This document shows, piece by piece, positions 38,101 through 46,309 of a DNA stretch of 64,000 nt; position 1 is the first letter of the stretch; each line of letters opens with the position of its first letter. Source of the stretch: an uncultured Nitrososphaerota archaeon (GTDB taxonomy: Archaea > Asgardarchaeota > Njordarchaeia > Njordarchaeales > Panguiarchaeaceae); assembly GCA_964636085.1 (NCBI GenBank), contig CAZWPQ010000002.1, forward strand, positions 1-64,000, read 5' to 3'. A program made the position numbers and the translations under genes. Below the pieces are notes generated by a model. The model searched no databases, was not told the origin of the DNA, and worked only from the letters and a program-made list of their open reading frames with translations.

Positions 38101-39497
38101 ATGCTATCGATAATTATGGGATCGATAGATACTATGTAAAGGTTGGAGACGGTGCATGGATCGATGTTGGTCTCTCAAACAACTATACCGTTACTGGTCT
38201 GGTTAATGGAGAAAACACTGTATATATAAAGGCTGTTGATAAGGCTGGCAACGCCGATGTTGAGATAGTGACAATAATTGTTGATACAGAGCCCCCAACT
38301 ATCAATATTGTCTATCCTTCAAATGGGACATACATAAATGTGGACAACATAATAATTTCATGGGAAGCAAACGACAACATGGAGATAGAAAGGTTTGAGA
38401 TAAGTATTAATGGTGGAGATTGGATAGATCTTGGAAAGTCAACAGGATACGCAATGGCGGAGATGGATGAGGGAATATACCTAATAGTTGTTAGATGTTA
38501 CGACATTGCTGGAAATGCGAATAGCGATGCCATAACCTTTATCGTGGATTATACGGCCCCAGAATTTATTATGTACTCCCCACCAGATGGCTCATACTTC
38601 AACTACACCAATATTGAAATCCAGTGGAACGCCACAGATAACTATGGAATCGACCACTATGAAGTATATGTAAACAACGAACTCCTCTACTCGGGAACAA
38701 ATAGCAGCCTAGGAGTAGAACTTTCGGCTGACACACATTCCATTAAGATAATAGCCTATGACTATGCTGGCAATTCAAGATATGTAGCGATTGTTGTTCA
38801 CATAGACCTTCAGACTCCATCCATCATAATAACATCTCCATCAGATGGTGCCTATATTAATGAAGACACAATATCGGTGGCATGGTCTGCCATTGATGAC
38901 TTTGGTATAGATCATTATTGCATTAGGATAGACAATGAGTCATGGATATCCATCACTAATAATAGATATATGTTCTATGGCTTAAGTGAGGGGCTACATG
39001 CAATATATGTAAGGGCATTTGACAAGGCTGGAAATTCAGCAGAGTCTAATGTATCGATTATTGTTGATCTAACAGAACCAGCAATAATAATATTGGAGCC
39101 AAAGAATAATTCGGAGCTAAATGCCACCACGGTAACAATATCATGGAATGCTACCGACAACTTTGACCTCGACCATATAGAGATATCCATAAATAATTCG
39201 GCATGGCAAGACATTGGACTCACGAATAGCATTAAGCTACAACTAGACTATGGCAAATACATAGTGAAACTGAGAGCATATGACAAAGCTGGAAATATGA
39301 AGGAAGTAGCAGTAGTATTCATAATCAAGCAAATACAGGCACCTCCATCCCATCTCAAGTGGCTACCCTTCATTGCTATAGGTGCAGCGATAGCAATAGC
39401 ACTTGTCTTAGTACCCTGGTGGAAGAGAAGAAAGAGTCGCGCGGCTGAGGAATTAGAGATTATTGAAAAGCCTATTGACGAGGAGGAGGCGGAATAA
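32103..39497 (+). CDS. Membrane-anchored S8 (subtilisin-like) serine protease with PPC domain, duplicated Ig + ILLVDDD modules and about 8 Ig-like repeats
   Basis: Catalytic IVDTGID, HGHGTHCASIAAG, VAAGN, GTSMATPHVSG; GYGRVN; ADFDLYIY (PPC); two PILLVDDD modules; D.AGN repeats; TM followed by KRRK. True start may be TTG 32118. Confidence 0.92.
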   Translation: MGEGALSKILRGLSIIFLIVAASIPLAKPAKSSDKARIVFIKNNGGLSEFLYQFFRSRGVPVVLVGDNGRPTKSSIIDDTVKSRLTRDDIWDLIRIARGEEIPSVEYQELRTKTGLDIDPVSAGLILKSLDTTIDRDPEVIFLGKYNMYINLRNSYAAMEHWLVNLENYDSDHDKIADKLEEIIAIGTEKIVIPGRKVMLDLGDMIVPIDEIGPKTIEIRYSRDDLIFVDVAAADRRLEEAIAYFKSMGGTIETVYREICAFSGYIELYKVPLLSRSPLIGFIEQHNEYFYPMTSWTVLQMRIGTLSTKLVPPNSYPMNNETPWGRGIFGDPSIAIAIVDTGIDDTHPLTNKVIYWYDYSGDDATSPEDYHGHGTHCASIAAGNIWTGDYVEWGIIARNRTDSFGASGNYYLYIDSPGWYGVAALYYTSSGTADISFEVYDPNHVLLNTSRQVYASFWGTVEIEQAVFNASLPGTYNVSVTNLGTTGGTLIVTWEKQFPYGSYGSQPGRHAGVAPEVKLVGLKIFDRSGWFGDYNFDSIRWLIQNASDYNITVSSNSWGGGDDATLNELMNQLVMSGVVTVVAAGNDGAGGNIGSPGSADLVITVAAMNDINEISEYSTSGDTTTGNTIKPDVSANGGTGYYNGDYIDKEDSDLDGSSGAVAAADSNDADNAPSGGGLLGDAITTLDNFWDIQGTSMATPHVSGLAALVVSALGGASSWVWDGEHALKVKMLILMTSVEFTRAETGQTVPSLDRGGKDNVEGYGRVNGDAAVMAVLNELFPNRTYRYTLGSNNSTAIAQGIAPRVWAGKIYLEAGSRYRFNLTVPSGADFDLYIYYGEPDEYGQPVIAGKSTSDSIGGNEVVDIIATKSGYYYVVVKWVDRSATTPSIPDEQNYGEFTLHIDILDRGIPIVEIIEPEEGDIIEGVTRIYVNATDVDGTITYVYLNISNSTWGTVVDITSNYDASRGLYYYDWDTSTVADGYYMIFAGARDNESKTNNDTIQVHVWNNIPPILLVDDDKGDSYETYYEQALQDLGYQRDIDYIYWDVSVNGTPTKYLLDRVVIVIWFTGDDFTTTLTTEERDVLEYYLSRCGQLFISGQDIGFDIGDTTWYSTWLKANYERDDTNIDYVRGVSGTLFGGAIYNLSGTDSANNNDFPDEISPTGGSTQILYYDDDTGIGAGVMYDDEYRLVYMSFPFEAIDGSVNRSDAMQRATDWMKAPIAKIYDYSFYIDKYTENVSLAIAARAYHYIRNLEILINGTVVYSLSPGRRTYINNITIDTSSFPSGTLNITLRIVDNNLDEVTDTIFISREHLYLDLVFPNTYDPVWSTTRILVNASTYSGVNLTTLNVTISNETWSQIIDILSNYDSQTGYYYYDWDTTGVADGSYNISVSAITDEGSSKTDNVYNIGVWNGIVPILLVDDDNWHDYEQYFMEALENLSYHFNRDYAYWNTTRRGAPPQDFLDRVQIMIWECGLSAPNSAERNAISEFLSDLGQLFISGQDIGYLIGDTDWYKDWLRAIYERDDTNINNVSGVAGTIFEGVTYLLSGSDSANNNFWPDEISPTNGSFLMMYYGRDPSIGAAIGYDGYYRLVYFAYPFESINGSEYRADALDRILQWLRKPIGAIVSPENMTITNNDTIDIIVHAKAITGLDIIRIYVNGSLVVFDDIDGVELIKHYDIDVSGYPDYTTLNITLVTNSVTGDMDTFMIYIIRDKVPPYAEFLSPANGSYFNVTDITFEWNGTDNFGMNHYEIRIDGGAWIDVDLQNEYTFAGLDEGIHTVDLKAIDLAGNQFTTSLTVIVDLTPPVLIDIFPENDSYVQSKVVISWNFSDNYELDCYKIRLDGGAWIMTTSTSHVYEYLTEGEHSVYIRAYDKAGNVKLITLRIIADTTDPYIEITYPPGGTFLNTSTVYVEWYMSDNFELDHCEIRVDGGEWIDVGLASNYTISGMSEGTHIIDVRVYDSAGNYGEDTVVISIDLTPPIIVAVYPDYEFYINTTSTVISWDAIDNYGIDRYYVKVGDGAWIDVGLSNNYTVTGLVNGENTVYIKAVDKAGNADVEIVTIIVDTEPPTINIVYPSNGTYINVDNIIISWEANDNMEIERFEISINGGDWIDLGKSTGYAMAEMDEGIYLIVVRCYDIAGNANSDAITFIVDYTAPEFIMYSPPDGSYFNYTNIEIQWNATDNYGIDHYEVYVNNELLYSGTNSSLGVELSADTHSIKIIAYDYAGNSRYVAIVVHIDLQTPSIIITSPSDGAYINEDTISVAWSAIDDFGIDHYCIRIDNESWISITNNRYMFYGLSEGLHAIYVRAFDKAGNSAESNVSIIVDLTEPAIIILEPKNNSELNATTVTISWNATDNFDLDHIEISINNSAWQDIGLTNSIKLQLDYGKYIVKLRAYDKAGNMKEVAVVFIIKQIQAPPSHLKWLPFIAIGAAIAIALVLVPWWKRRKSRAAEELEIIEKPIDEEEAE

Positions 39498-39787
39498 ACT
39501 CTTTAATCTTTTTACTTTTCCGCCTCTGTCTTTTAATTCTGCGGCCTATTGCCTATCTATATGTCTATTATATGTCTTATTCTTCCAGTTGATGGCTATG
39601 CTATCAGTGGTGGAGAAATTATTTGAGACCAAAATAATTATGATTGCATAATTTACTTCTTGCTCTTTTGATGCTTGTGCGATAATATATACGGGAGAAT
39701 AGCGAGCATAGAATCTGCTAGAGACGATATGTGTCATGTTCTATATTCGTGTGTGCGTATTTTTATTTACTAATTATTTTTTTATGT

Positions 39788-39816
39788 TGACATGAGTGTC
39801 ATTGACATGAATGTCT
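39788..39816. promoter_or_regulatory. Tandem TGACA-N4-TGTC(A/T) palindromes (putative operator)
   Basis: TGACATGAGTGTCA 39788-39801 and TGACATGAATGTCT 39803-39816; the second overlaps ATG 39807. Confidence 0.5.
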
Positions 39817-39960
39817 ATGACAATTACGTCGATATTATTTATTCAAAATCTGAAAGAAACCTGTTCACGAATAGAGAGGAGACCCTAAAAAAATCTTATG
39901 TTTGCTCTTGATGAGGTAAAGAAGAAGGGCTTTCGAGGCTTTACATTCGAAACTCACTAA
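39807..39960 (+). pseudogene. 5' remnant of an archaeal ATPase (ATPase_2-like)
   Basis: MNVYDNYVDIIYSKSERNLFTNREETLK, frameshift at A7 39887-93, then LMFALDEVKKKG. FxNREEEL is the typical pre-Walker A motif; the rest of the gene is absent. Confidence 0.5.
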
Positions 39961-40044
39961 AAAGCTACTTAAACGCTCATTAGAGGATAACTCGCATACA
40001 TATCCCCCCGTTGTATAGGGCTAAAATAATTATCATGGGCATCG

Positions 40045-40812
40045 CTACTGTAGCTTTTCTACATGGGCTAGAAGTTCGCAGAGCTTATTTATCACATATA
40101 TATTCGTATCATAGAACCGTGTCATGTCTAGTCTTATTCTATATTTATTCCACACATAACTCGTAATATGGGGCGCTAAATCCTTTACAAGATATACCCC
40201 CCTATTGAACATATCTGTTATCCAGTACAGGTTTTTTATACCAGCGTTAAGGGCGCCATACACATCGAAGTAGGGGTGATCCCCCACAAAATAAATTTTA
40301 TCTGCTGGGAGCCCAGAAATAGAGAAAATCTTCTCAAATGCTTTCCTCGACGGTTTTGGCTCCTCCATACGATCATTAGTTATTAGCTCGTCTATAAGAC
40401 CCGCAATACCAACTTTACGTAGTACTGGAAACTGGTACCTATAATACCCATTCGTCAACACATATATGGCTCCACCACTCTTTTTTATTGTCCTCAATAC
40501 ATCGGCAGCACATTCATTGGTGTCTACTAAGCACTTATTTATTCCCTCTAATATAAGTTCTAGAAAGAGCCCCCTCCTATACGTAATACCTATCCTTCTA
40601 CATGAAAACTCTGAAACCTTCTCCCAGTCAAAAGCATCCGTAAACCTCCTCGCTCTAACCAATTCATAATAGGTATCCAAGAAAATCTTCGGAAAAACAT
40701 CACGCTCTTCGTCCAAACCCAATACCTTAGGGAGTTTTTCATATGCATATTTAAAGGCCCTATTTCTAACAAGCGTACCATCTTGATCGAAAACAAATGC
40801 GAAATCCACCAT
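40045..40812 (-). CDS. HAD-superfamily hydrolase (subfamily IA)
   Basis: FVFDQDGTL, LTNG, PKP, FVGDHPYFDVYGALNAG. Confidence 0.9.
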   Translation of the reverse strand: MVDFAFVFDQDGTLVRNRAFKYAYEKLPKVLGLDEERDVFPKIFLDTYYELVRARRFTDAFDWEKVSEFSCRRIGITYRRGLFLELILEGINKCLVDTNECAADVLRTIKKSGGAIYVLTNGYYRYQFPVLRKVGIAGLIDELITNDRMEEPKPSRKAFEKIFSISGLPADKIYFVGDHPYFDVYGALNAGIKNLYWITDMFNRGVYLVKDLAPHITSYVWNKYRIRLDMTRFYDTNIYVINKLCELLAHVEKLQ

Positions 40813-40890
40813 ACTTATGAACCTCCCAACAGTTATTCAAATACAGTCAAGATAAATAATATCAAGGAGTTTTGGATCCCGAAAATTATT

Positions 40891-41583
40891 TTATTTAGTA
40901 GTCATTCTTATGGCGGCCACTATCTCAGCCTTAAGTTTGTTCTCCTCATATTCGTCTAATACTGGTTTACTCCCTACTAATCCCTCGCTAACTCTTTTTA
41001 TGCCTTCTCTGCCACCTACGAACATCCCTTCACTTATCACTCCTAAGATATTTTTTGGCGGCAAAAATGCTAAGGGAAGCACATCGCCCCTTTTTACTGT
41101 TTGATCATTCGTAACAATTTCATATGTCTCCAAGCCATCAGTCACCCATACAATTAATAGGTTCTGGGACTTTGGATGATTCTCAACATTTACGACCTTG
41201 ACATATGACATCGCAACGACGCTCGAAATATCCAATTTTTGCCTCACTAATCTCTCCCTCAGCGTACTGAGGGTCTTTACGAAGAATCTCACCATTTTTC
41301 TAGTCGCGTCGTCTTGTTTATCTAGAACGGGCCATACCAAGTTTTTAAATTCTTTGAGTTCCCTATCAAGATTATCCAATAAGCCCTGCTCCTCCATACA
41401 TTTTGGGCTCACATAGCTCCACTTTATTTTCCTCATTATCTCACATAGGTTGTTGAGTTTTTCTAGGAGGGCATCACGACGGATATGCTGGATCTTTCGC
41501 GACTTAAAATAATCGAGAATATTCCTAGCTACGGCTTCAGCAAAGAGGATCCTAGGATCCTTAGACGTATCATAATACTCCAT
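40891..41583 (-). CDS. Archaeal tRNA-binding protein (helical N-domain + Trbp/CsaA-type OB fold)
   Basis: YDTSKDPRI N-terminus; V..VENHP...NL...IVTND..VK.GD...AFLPP..GVISEGMF. Start refined to ATG 41583. Confidence 0.85.
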   Translation of the reverse strand: MEYYDTSKDPRILFAEAVARNILDYFKSRKIQHIRRDALLEKLNNLCEIMRKIKWSYVSPKCMEEQGLLDNLDRELKEFKNLVWPVLDKQDDATRKMVRFFVKTLSTLRERLVRQKLDISSVVAMSYVKVVNVENHPKSQNLLIVWVTDGLETYEIVTNDQTVKRGDVLPLAFLPPKNILGVISEGMFVGGREGIKRVSEGLVGSKPVLDEYEENKLKAEIVAAIRMTTK

Positions 41584-41867
41584 TATGGGGCACCCAACAT
41601 AAACATACATAATTTACATAATTAAGTAATCTATAAACAAAAAAACATAAGCCTTTAAACCCGAAAACTGCCAAACATAGTAAGAGAGGTGAATACACTA
41701 ATGATATATCTTTTTCGCTCCAGGGAAACATTAATTCTGTAGCAATGATTGTTGAAGTATGCATGAGTGTTATGATATTAGTATTTTTTCCATCCTTATA
41801 TCTATGGAAACAACTTGGCGAGCTGGTTTGTTGCTAGAATAAACATAGGATTGTTTTTGGGCCCAAA

Positions 41868-42758
41868 ATGGACATGGTTGGCGTCAGAGAAATTCCCGCT
41901 AAATCAATATTAAACAAGCATAGAAGGAGAGATAGCTGGTTTTTGGACGATTATTCATTAAATCCATACATAAACTGCCAGTTCGGATGCGTATATTGCT
42001 ACATACATGGAGGGAGATACGGCAAACGCATTGGAGGAATTGCGGTTAAGATAAATGCTCCCTCCCTCTTGGAGAGAGAATTAAGGAATCTCTATAAGGC
42101 CAAAAAGTTTGGATTCATTGCCCTCTCATCATCTACAGAGCCCTGGCAACCCATAGAGAATAGGTACATGATAACTAGAAAATGCCTAGAGATAGTCCTT
42201 AGGTATAGATTTCCGATCCATGTTTTGACGAAGTCCGATCTCGTTCTACGCGATTTCAACATCCTAAAACTGATAAATGAAAACGCAATACTTCCCGTGG
42301 ATCTAAGTGACAAGATAAATTGTGGTCTCTTTCTGACGGTATCTCTATCAACTATTGATGAAGGGATCGCTAGAATCTTTGAACCCCACGCACCTCCTCC
42401 CTCTAGAAGACTGGACATTATAGAGAAGGCAGTCAATAACGGCATTTGTGCCGGCGTGGCATATATCCCAGTGCTACCATATATATCCGACTCCACAGAT
42501 ACTCTCGAAGAAATGGTTCTGGAGGCGAAATCCCATGGGGCTAGATACGTATTTTTCGGGGCGCTAACTCTTGAGGGGAAGGGAAAAAGAGCGTTCTTTA
42601 GTATCATCGAGAGAGAATTTCCTGAACTTCTAAACAAATACCAAAGACTTTATAGAACATCATTTCAGCCCAGTCGGGAATACCAAAACAGATTATATTC
42701 CATCGCTAGATCACTATGTAGAAAATATAATGTAAAGTACTCCCTCTTGGCTACATAG
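41868..42758 (+). CDS. Radical SAM protein, SplB/Rv2578c-like
   Basis: LNPYINCQFGCVYCY (CxxxCxxC), VKINAP, S.TEPWQP.E, LTKSDLVLRD, FEPHAP.PSRRL, PVLPYISD. Confidence 0.88.
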   Translation: MDMVGVREIPAKSILNKHRRRDSWFLDDYSLNPYINCQFGCVYCYIHGGRYGKRIGGIAVKINAPSLLERELRNLYKAKKFGFIALSSSTEPWQPIENRYMITRKCLEIVLRYRFPIHVLTKSDLVLRDFNILKLINENAILPVDLSDKINCGLFLTVSLSTIDEGIARIFEPHAPPPSRRLDIIEKAVNNGICAGVAYIPVLPYISDSTDTLEEMVLEAKSHGARYVFFGALTLEGKGKRAFFSIIEREFPELLNKYQRLYRTSFQPSREYQNRLYSIARSLCRKYNVKYSLLAT

Positions 42759-43031
42759 TTTTCTCAAAATACAAGAATTCTAAGTGGCAGTAGAAAATGA
42801 TGCATCATATTTATAATATTGGAGCCGAGTTTTGTTCATGAATAAACGATGGTGAGAAATAAGTCTAGTATTAATGGTCTCCCACAGATAGGCTGATTGT
42901 CATATAGGTTCTCCCATTATGGCCAGAAAAGTACCTAGGCGTATGGCTCGAGGATAACAAAATATTCTATAGTCATTAAAAAGATTTTCTATACTTTTGT
43001 TTGGAGGCCATAGCTCCTAGTATAGATATGT

Positions 43032-44282
43032 GTGAGTAAATTGAGCTTGATAGATACCCTACTGGGCCTAATACCATCAGGCGAGAATATTATAAGGGAT
43101 TTGCTCTTCGTGAGTTTAACGCGAATTCATGGTGGCGACAAATATATTGGAGAAATAGCAAATCCGCTATTGAGAGCGGAGGCCCTAATACATATCGGAT
43201 CGGGGGAGGATTTAGAGAAGCTTGGATCCGAGTACCTATACAGAATGGTGGATCTTCATCCCATGGGCGTGTTGATCTATTTATCAAAGATTGATCCCAG
43301 TGATATTGGTCTAAGGCTATACACATATGTGATTAAGAAGGCCATGAGATCAATAAATCTTCTGGCTTTGGCTGTTAGCTATACTGGTTCCAGAAGACTC
43401 TACGATATCTTTACGGGCATAATCGAAGGTGAGAAGGACGCTAAAAAAATATTAAACATATCTATATTGCTTGACGCAATAATCTTTAGGTACTCTATAG
43501 ATGAGGTACTTCCATTCGGAATAAACACCATAGAGAATTACATGTCCAACAGTAAATACCCAGACATACTTAGGAGAATGCTATTGTCAACACTTCTAGC
43601 TTGTCATGCCATCCGCGGAGAGGGGGATGTGGACGAGATTTCTTCGGTTCTCATAAGGGGACTAAGATTAAGCACTGATGATCCATTCTATCTCCAGGCG
43701 GCTCCAATAATCGCTAAGAACTTGTATGTGGCAGATAAGATTGATTTGTCAAAAGATATTTTCTACAGACTCAAAGAACTGAAGAATAGGATGCTACAGA
43801 GTTATGGGCCACTTAGTTTTATTACGCCAACATCCCCTGGAAAAATAACTAGGATATTAAATAATATCGCCCTCATAATCAATAGTCTAATACATGTATT
43901 TAATGCCTTCAGCCGGTCTGAAAGACTTATAGATAACAAATTCGCCATAGAATATCTGGGTTCATTGCTCCACGAGTCCATGGATCCCATAATTCTCGCT
44001 GTCCAAACAAAATTCCTAATAAGAGAGAACCCGCATAATGTTGGGGAAACCATAGATAGATATATCTCAAACTCCGATAAGATACTATCAAAGGGAGAGA
44101 AATATGTAACATATAGGAACCTGGGTCAGATATATACTCTAAAAAGCATCACGGATACGGGAAGAGAACATATAGAGAGTATACTTTTACAAAAAGGATT
44201 TGATATCATCCAGCACTTCATATTGGGATTATATGAGGAGTCGCTAAGGCAGTATCCCATCAGCAATAATATTCAAACATAA
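43032..44282 (+). CDS. Hypothetical alpha-helical protein
   Basis: 416-aa ORF with normal codon usage; no recognised motif; 20 bp upstream of the tsaA-like gene. Confidence 0.7.
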   Translation: MSKLSLIDTLLGLIPSGENIIRDLLFVSLTRIHGGDKYIGEIANPLLRAEALIHIGSGEDLEKLGSEYLYRMVDLHPMGVLIYLSKIDPSDIGLRLYTYVIKKAMRSINLLALAVSYTGSRRLYDIFTGIIEGEKDAKKILNISILLDAIIFRYSIDEVLPFGINTIENYMSNSKYPDILRRMLLSTLLACHAIRGEGDVDEISSVLIRGLRLSTDDPFYLQAAPIIAKNLYVADKIDLSKDIFYRLKELKNRMLQSYGPLSFITPTSPGKITRILNNIALIINSLIHVFNAFSRSERLIDNKFAIEYLGSLLHESMDPIILAVQTKFLIRENPHNVGETIDRYISNSDKILSKGEKYVTYRNLGQIYTLKSITDTGREHIESILLQKGFDIIQHFILGLYEESLRQYPISNNIQT

Positions 44283-44302
44283 TATCTTTTTTAAGGAGGG
44301 AG

Positions 44303-45250
44303 GTGGATGTATTGAGGCTTATCGCTATAGGAGAGGTCATCGAAAATAGAGAAGGGAATGCCAAAATTCTAATATATCCAAGGTTTGCCCGTGGATTGAG
44401 GGGGCTGGACGAGTATTCGCATTGCATTATACTCTATTATCTCCACAAGGTGGTTCTCGATATCGAGAAATTTATCGCGGAGATCGATAAAATAAGACCT
44501 ATGCATGCACCATTAGGTGCTAGTTATGGCGTCTTTGCCACTAGGTCACCACACAGACCCAATCAGATAGGAATGACTGTTGTTCGGATAAAAAAGATCG
44601 ATGAGAACATTTTACATGTTGAGGGCTTCGATGGATATGTAGGAAGCCCAATTCTGGATATTAAGCCATATACGACTAGAGATATTGTCCTTAATGCATC
44701 CTTTCCCCAATGGTTCCCACGCAGAGACTACGAGGAAGAAGCCATATTGCTTGTTCATAATCGCATGAATAGTATATGGAATATGGGCAAAAAGGTACGC
44801 GAGTTACTTGTAGAACATGGCTATAATGTCTCCGCAGTATCGTATTCCCACAACAATTATGTGTCTATAAAAAATACATACTACAGACAGGAATATCCCC
44901 TACCATGCCTCACCATTACTAATCTATGTGAGATTATTATACAATTAGACTGTATCTATGCCACTTTTGCGGTCAGAAGGGATTCCATCGACAAAAACTT
45001 TCTAAAGTCCATGATCAATACGTTTGGTTTGGATCTCGAGATATTCGGCGGCGAGGACTACTTGCATACGTTCTATCCTAAAGATGAATTAACAAGCATT
45101 GATGACGTATTCATGGATATTATTCGGAGTGGCGAAAAAATCATACAATTGTCAATAAAGATCAAGTTTGAGAACTATCACCACATAATTGATGTGCTGG
45201 AGAAAATAACAACAATTATTGGCAAGTATGGCACAGTTATTCCCCCCTAA
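44303..45250 (+). CDS. tsaA: TsaA/TrmO tRNA m6t6A37 methyltransferase domain fused to a DUF3201-like C-terminal domain
   Basis: GL.GLDEYSH..ILYYLH, GVFATRSPHRPNQIG, GSPILDIKPY. C-half HNRMN.IW...Y..QEYP.P...EIFGGEDYL..FY resembles DUF3201. Confidence 0.8.
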   Translation: MDVLRLIAIGEVIENREGNAKILIYPRFARGLRGLDEYSHCIILYYLHKVVLDIEKFIAEIDKIRPMHAPLGASYGVFATRSPHRPNQIGMTVVRIKKIDENILHVEGFDGYVGSPILDIKPYTTRDIVLNASFPQWFPRRDYEEEAILLVHNRMNSIWNMGKKVRELLVEHGYNVSAVSYSHNNYVSIKNTYYRQEYPLPCLTITNLCEIIIQLDCIYATFAVRRDSIDKNFLKSMINTFGLDLEIFGGEDYLHTFYPKDELTSIDDVFMDIIRSGEKIIQLSIKIKFENYHHIIDVLEKITTIIGKYGTVIPP

Positions 45251-45317
45251 TATCCAATAGTATGTGACGAATTAATGTATCCATCTTTTATAGCATCAAA
45301 AACAGTAAAATGTTTGG

Positions 45318-45656
45318 GTGCCAAATATGGCCTCATTTAGCATAAAACCCAAGAGAAAAATCGGCGAGATCGAGATTAGTGAGGAATTCATAAACATCTA
45401 TAAGAAGATTCTATTAAGTGGTGCAAAGAAGTACTTCGGGGAATGGGTAGAATTTAATAGCAACACAAAAATCGTAGAGACAATAATCCTCGGCGAACTT
45501 AGGAACATAGTAACATATGGGCATCCTTACTGCCCCTGTAGGCCCGAAAAAATAAGAGATAACATATGCCCATGTGTTCCAGCAAAAAAGGAGCTAGAGA
45601 GGGATGGCATTTGCCACTGCCGTCTCTTTGTAAACCCAGAGAAGTACAGCAGGTAG
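45318..45656 (+). CDS. Ferredoxin:thioredoxin reductase catalytic subunit-like protein
   Basis: YG.PYCPCR...ICPC.....ELE..G.CHC.LFV (CPC/CPC/CHC signature). Confidence 0.9.
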   Translation: MPNMASFSIKPKRKIGEIEISEEFINIYKKILLSGAKKYFGEWVEFNSNTKIVETIILGELRNIVTYGHPYCPCRPEKIRDNICPCVPAKKELERDGICHCRLFVNPEKYSR

Positions 45657-45748
45657 GAATTCTTCCCAAATTTTTAATTTTGATGCATCTGAAAACCCCT
45701 AAGTCCTTTAAGACGCCCCCTGAACTCTTGGTCAGATAGAAAAGCTTA

Positions 45749-46168
45749 GTGGAGATAAATCTCTTGCCGCTGGTTGGATGTGAAAAACTAGAGGAACTAT
45801 GGTTAAGTGGTAATCAGCCTAGGAGAGCTGTTCTTGCACCAATTAAGAGCCTTAAGCTATTAGCTCTAGACAGGAATCGCTTGACAAAAATAGATCTTTC
45901 TCCATTGTCTGGATGCAAAAAACTGGAAAAATTATTCCTATCACATAATCAACTTGAGCATATTGATCTATCTCCGCTTTCAAGCCTTAAAAACCTTAAA
46001 AGTCTGACACTACAACATAACAATTTAAAGAAGATAGATCTATCTCCTGTCGCCCATATTAGGGGACTCGTAATTGAGGCTGATTGTCATGCTAAGCTCT
46101 ATGGTGCGAATGTAGAGCTTGTAATGAGAAATATATTTTTTAGATTTTGTAAATATAGGGTAATCTAA
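45749..46168 (+). CDS. Short IDLSPL-type LRR protein, probably a 5'-truncated remnant
   Basis: Begins mid-repeat (EINLLPL), has one damaged repeat (GNQPRRAVLAP), then L.L..N.L..IDLSPL repeats. Confidence 0.65.
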   Translation: MEINLLPLVGCEKLEELWLSGNQPRRAVLAPIKSLKLLALDRNRLTKIDLSPLSGCKKLEKLFLSHNQLEHIDLSPLSSLKNLKSLTLQHNNLKKIDLSPVAHIRGLVIEADCHAKLYGANVELVMRNIFFRFCKYRVI

Positions 46169-46309
46169 CCGCAGAAAGCAAAAAATTTGTGGCTAGAGTA
46201 TAGGTAGATATTCGGACTACCTTTAACCTTTTAAATAAAAAATATTTTTATTCTAGTTTTGACTACGAAAGCCTTAATTCTTGGGGCTTTTCGTAGTCAA
46301 GAAGATTCG

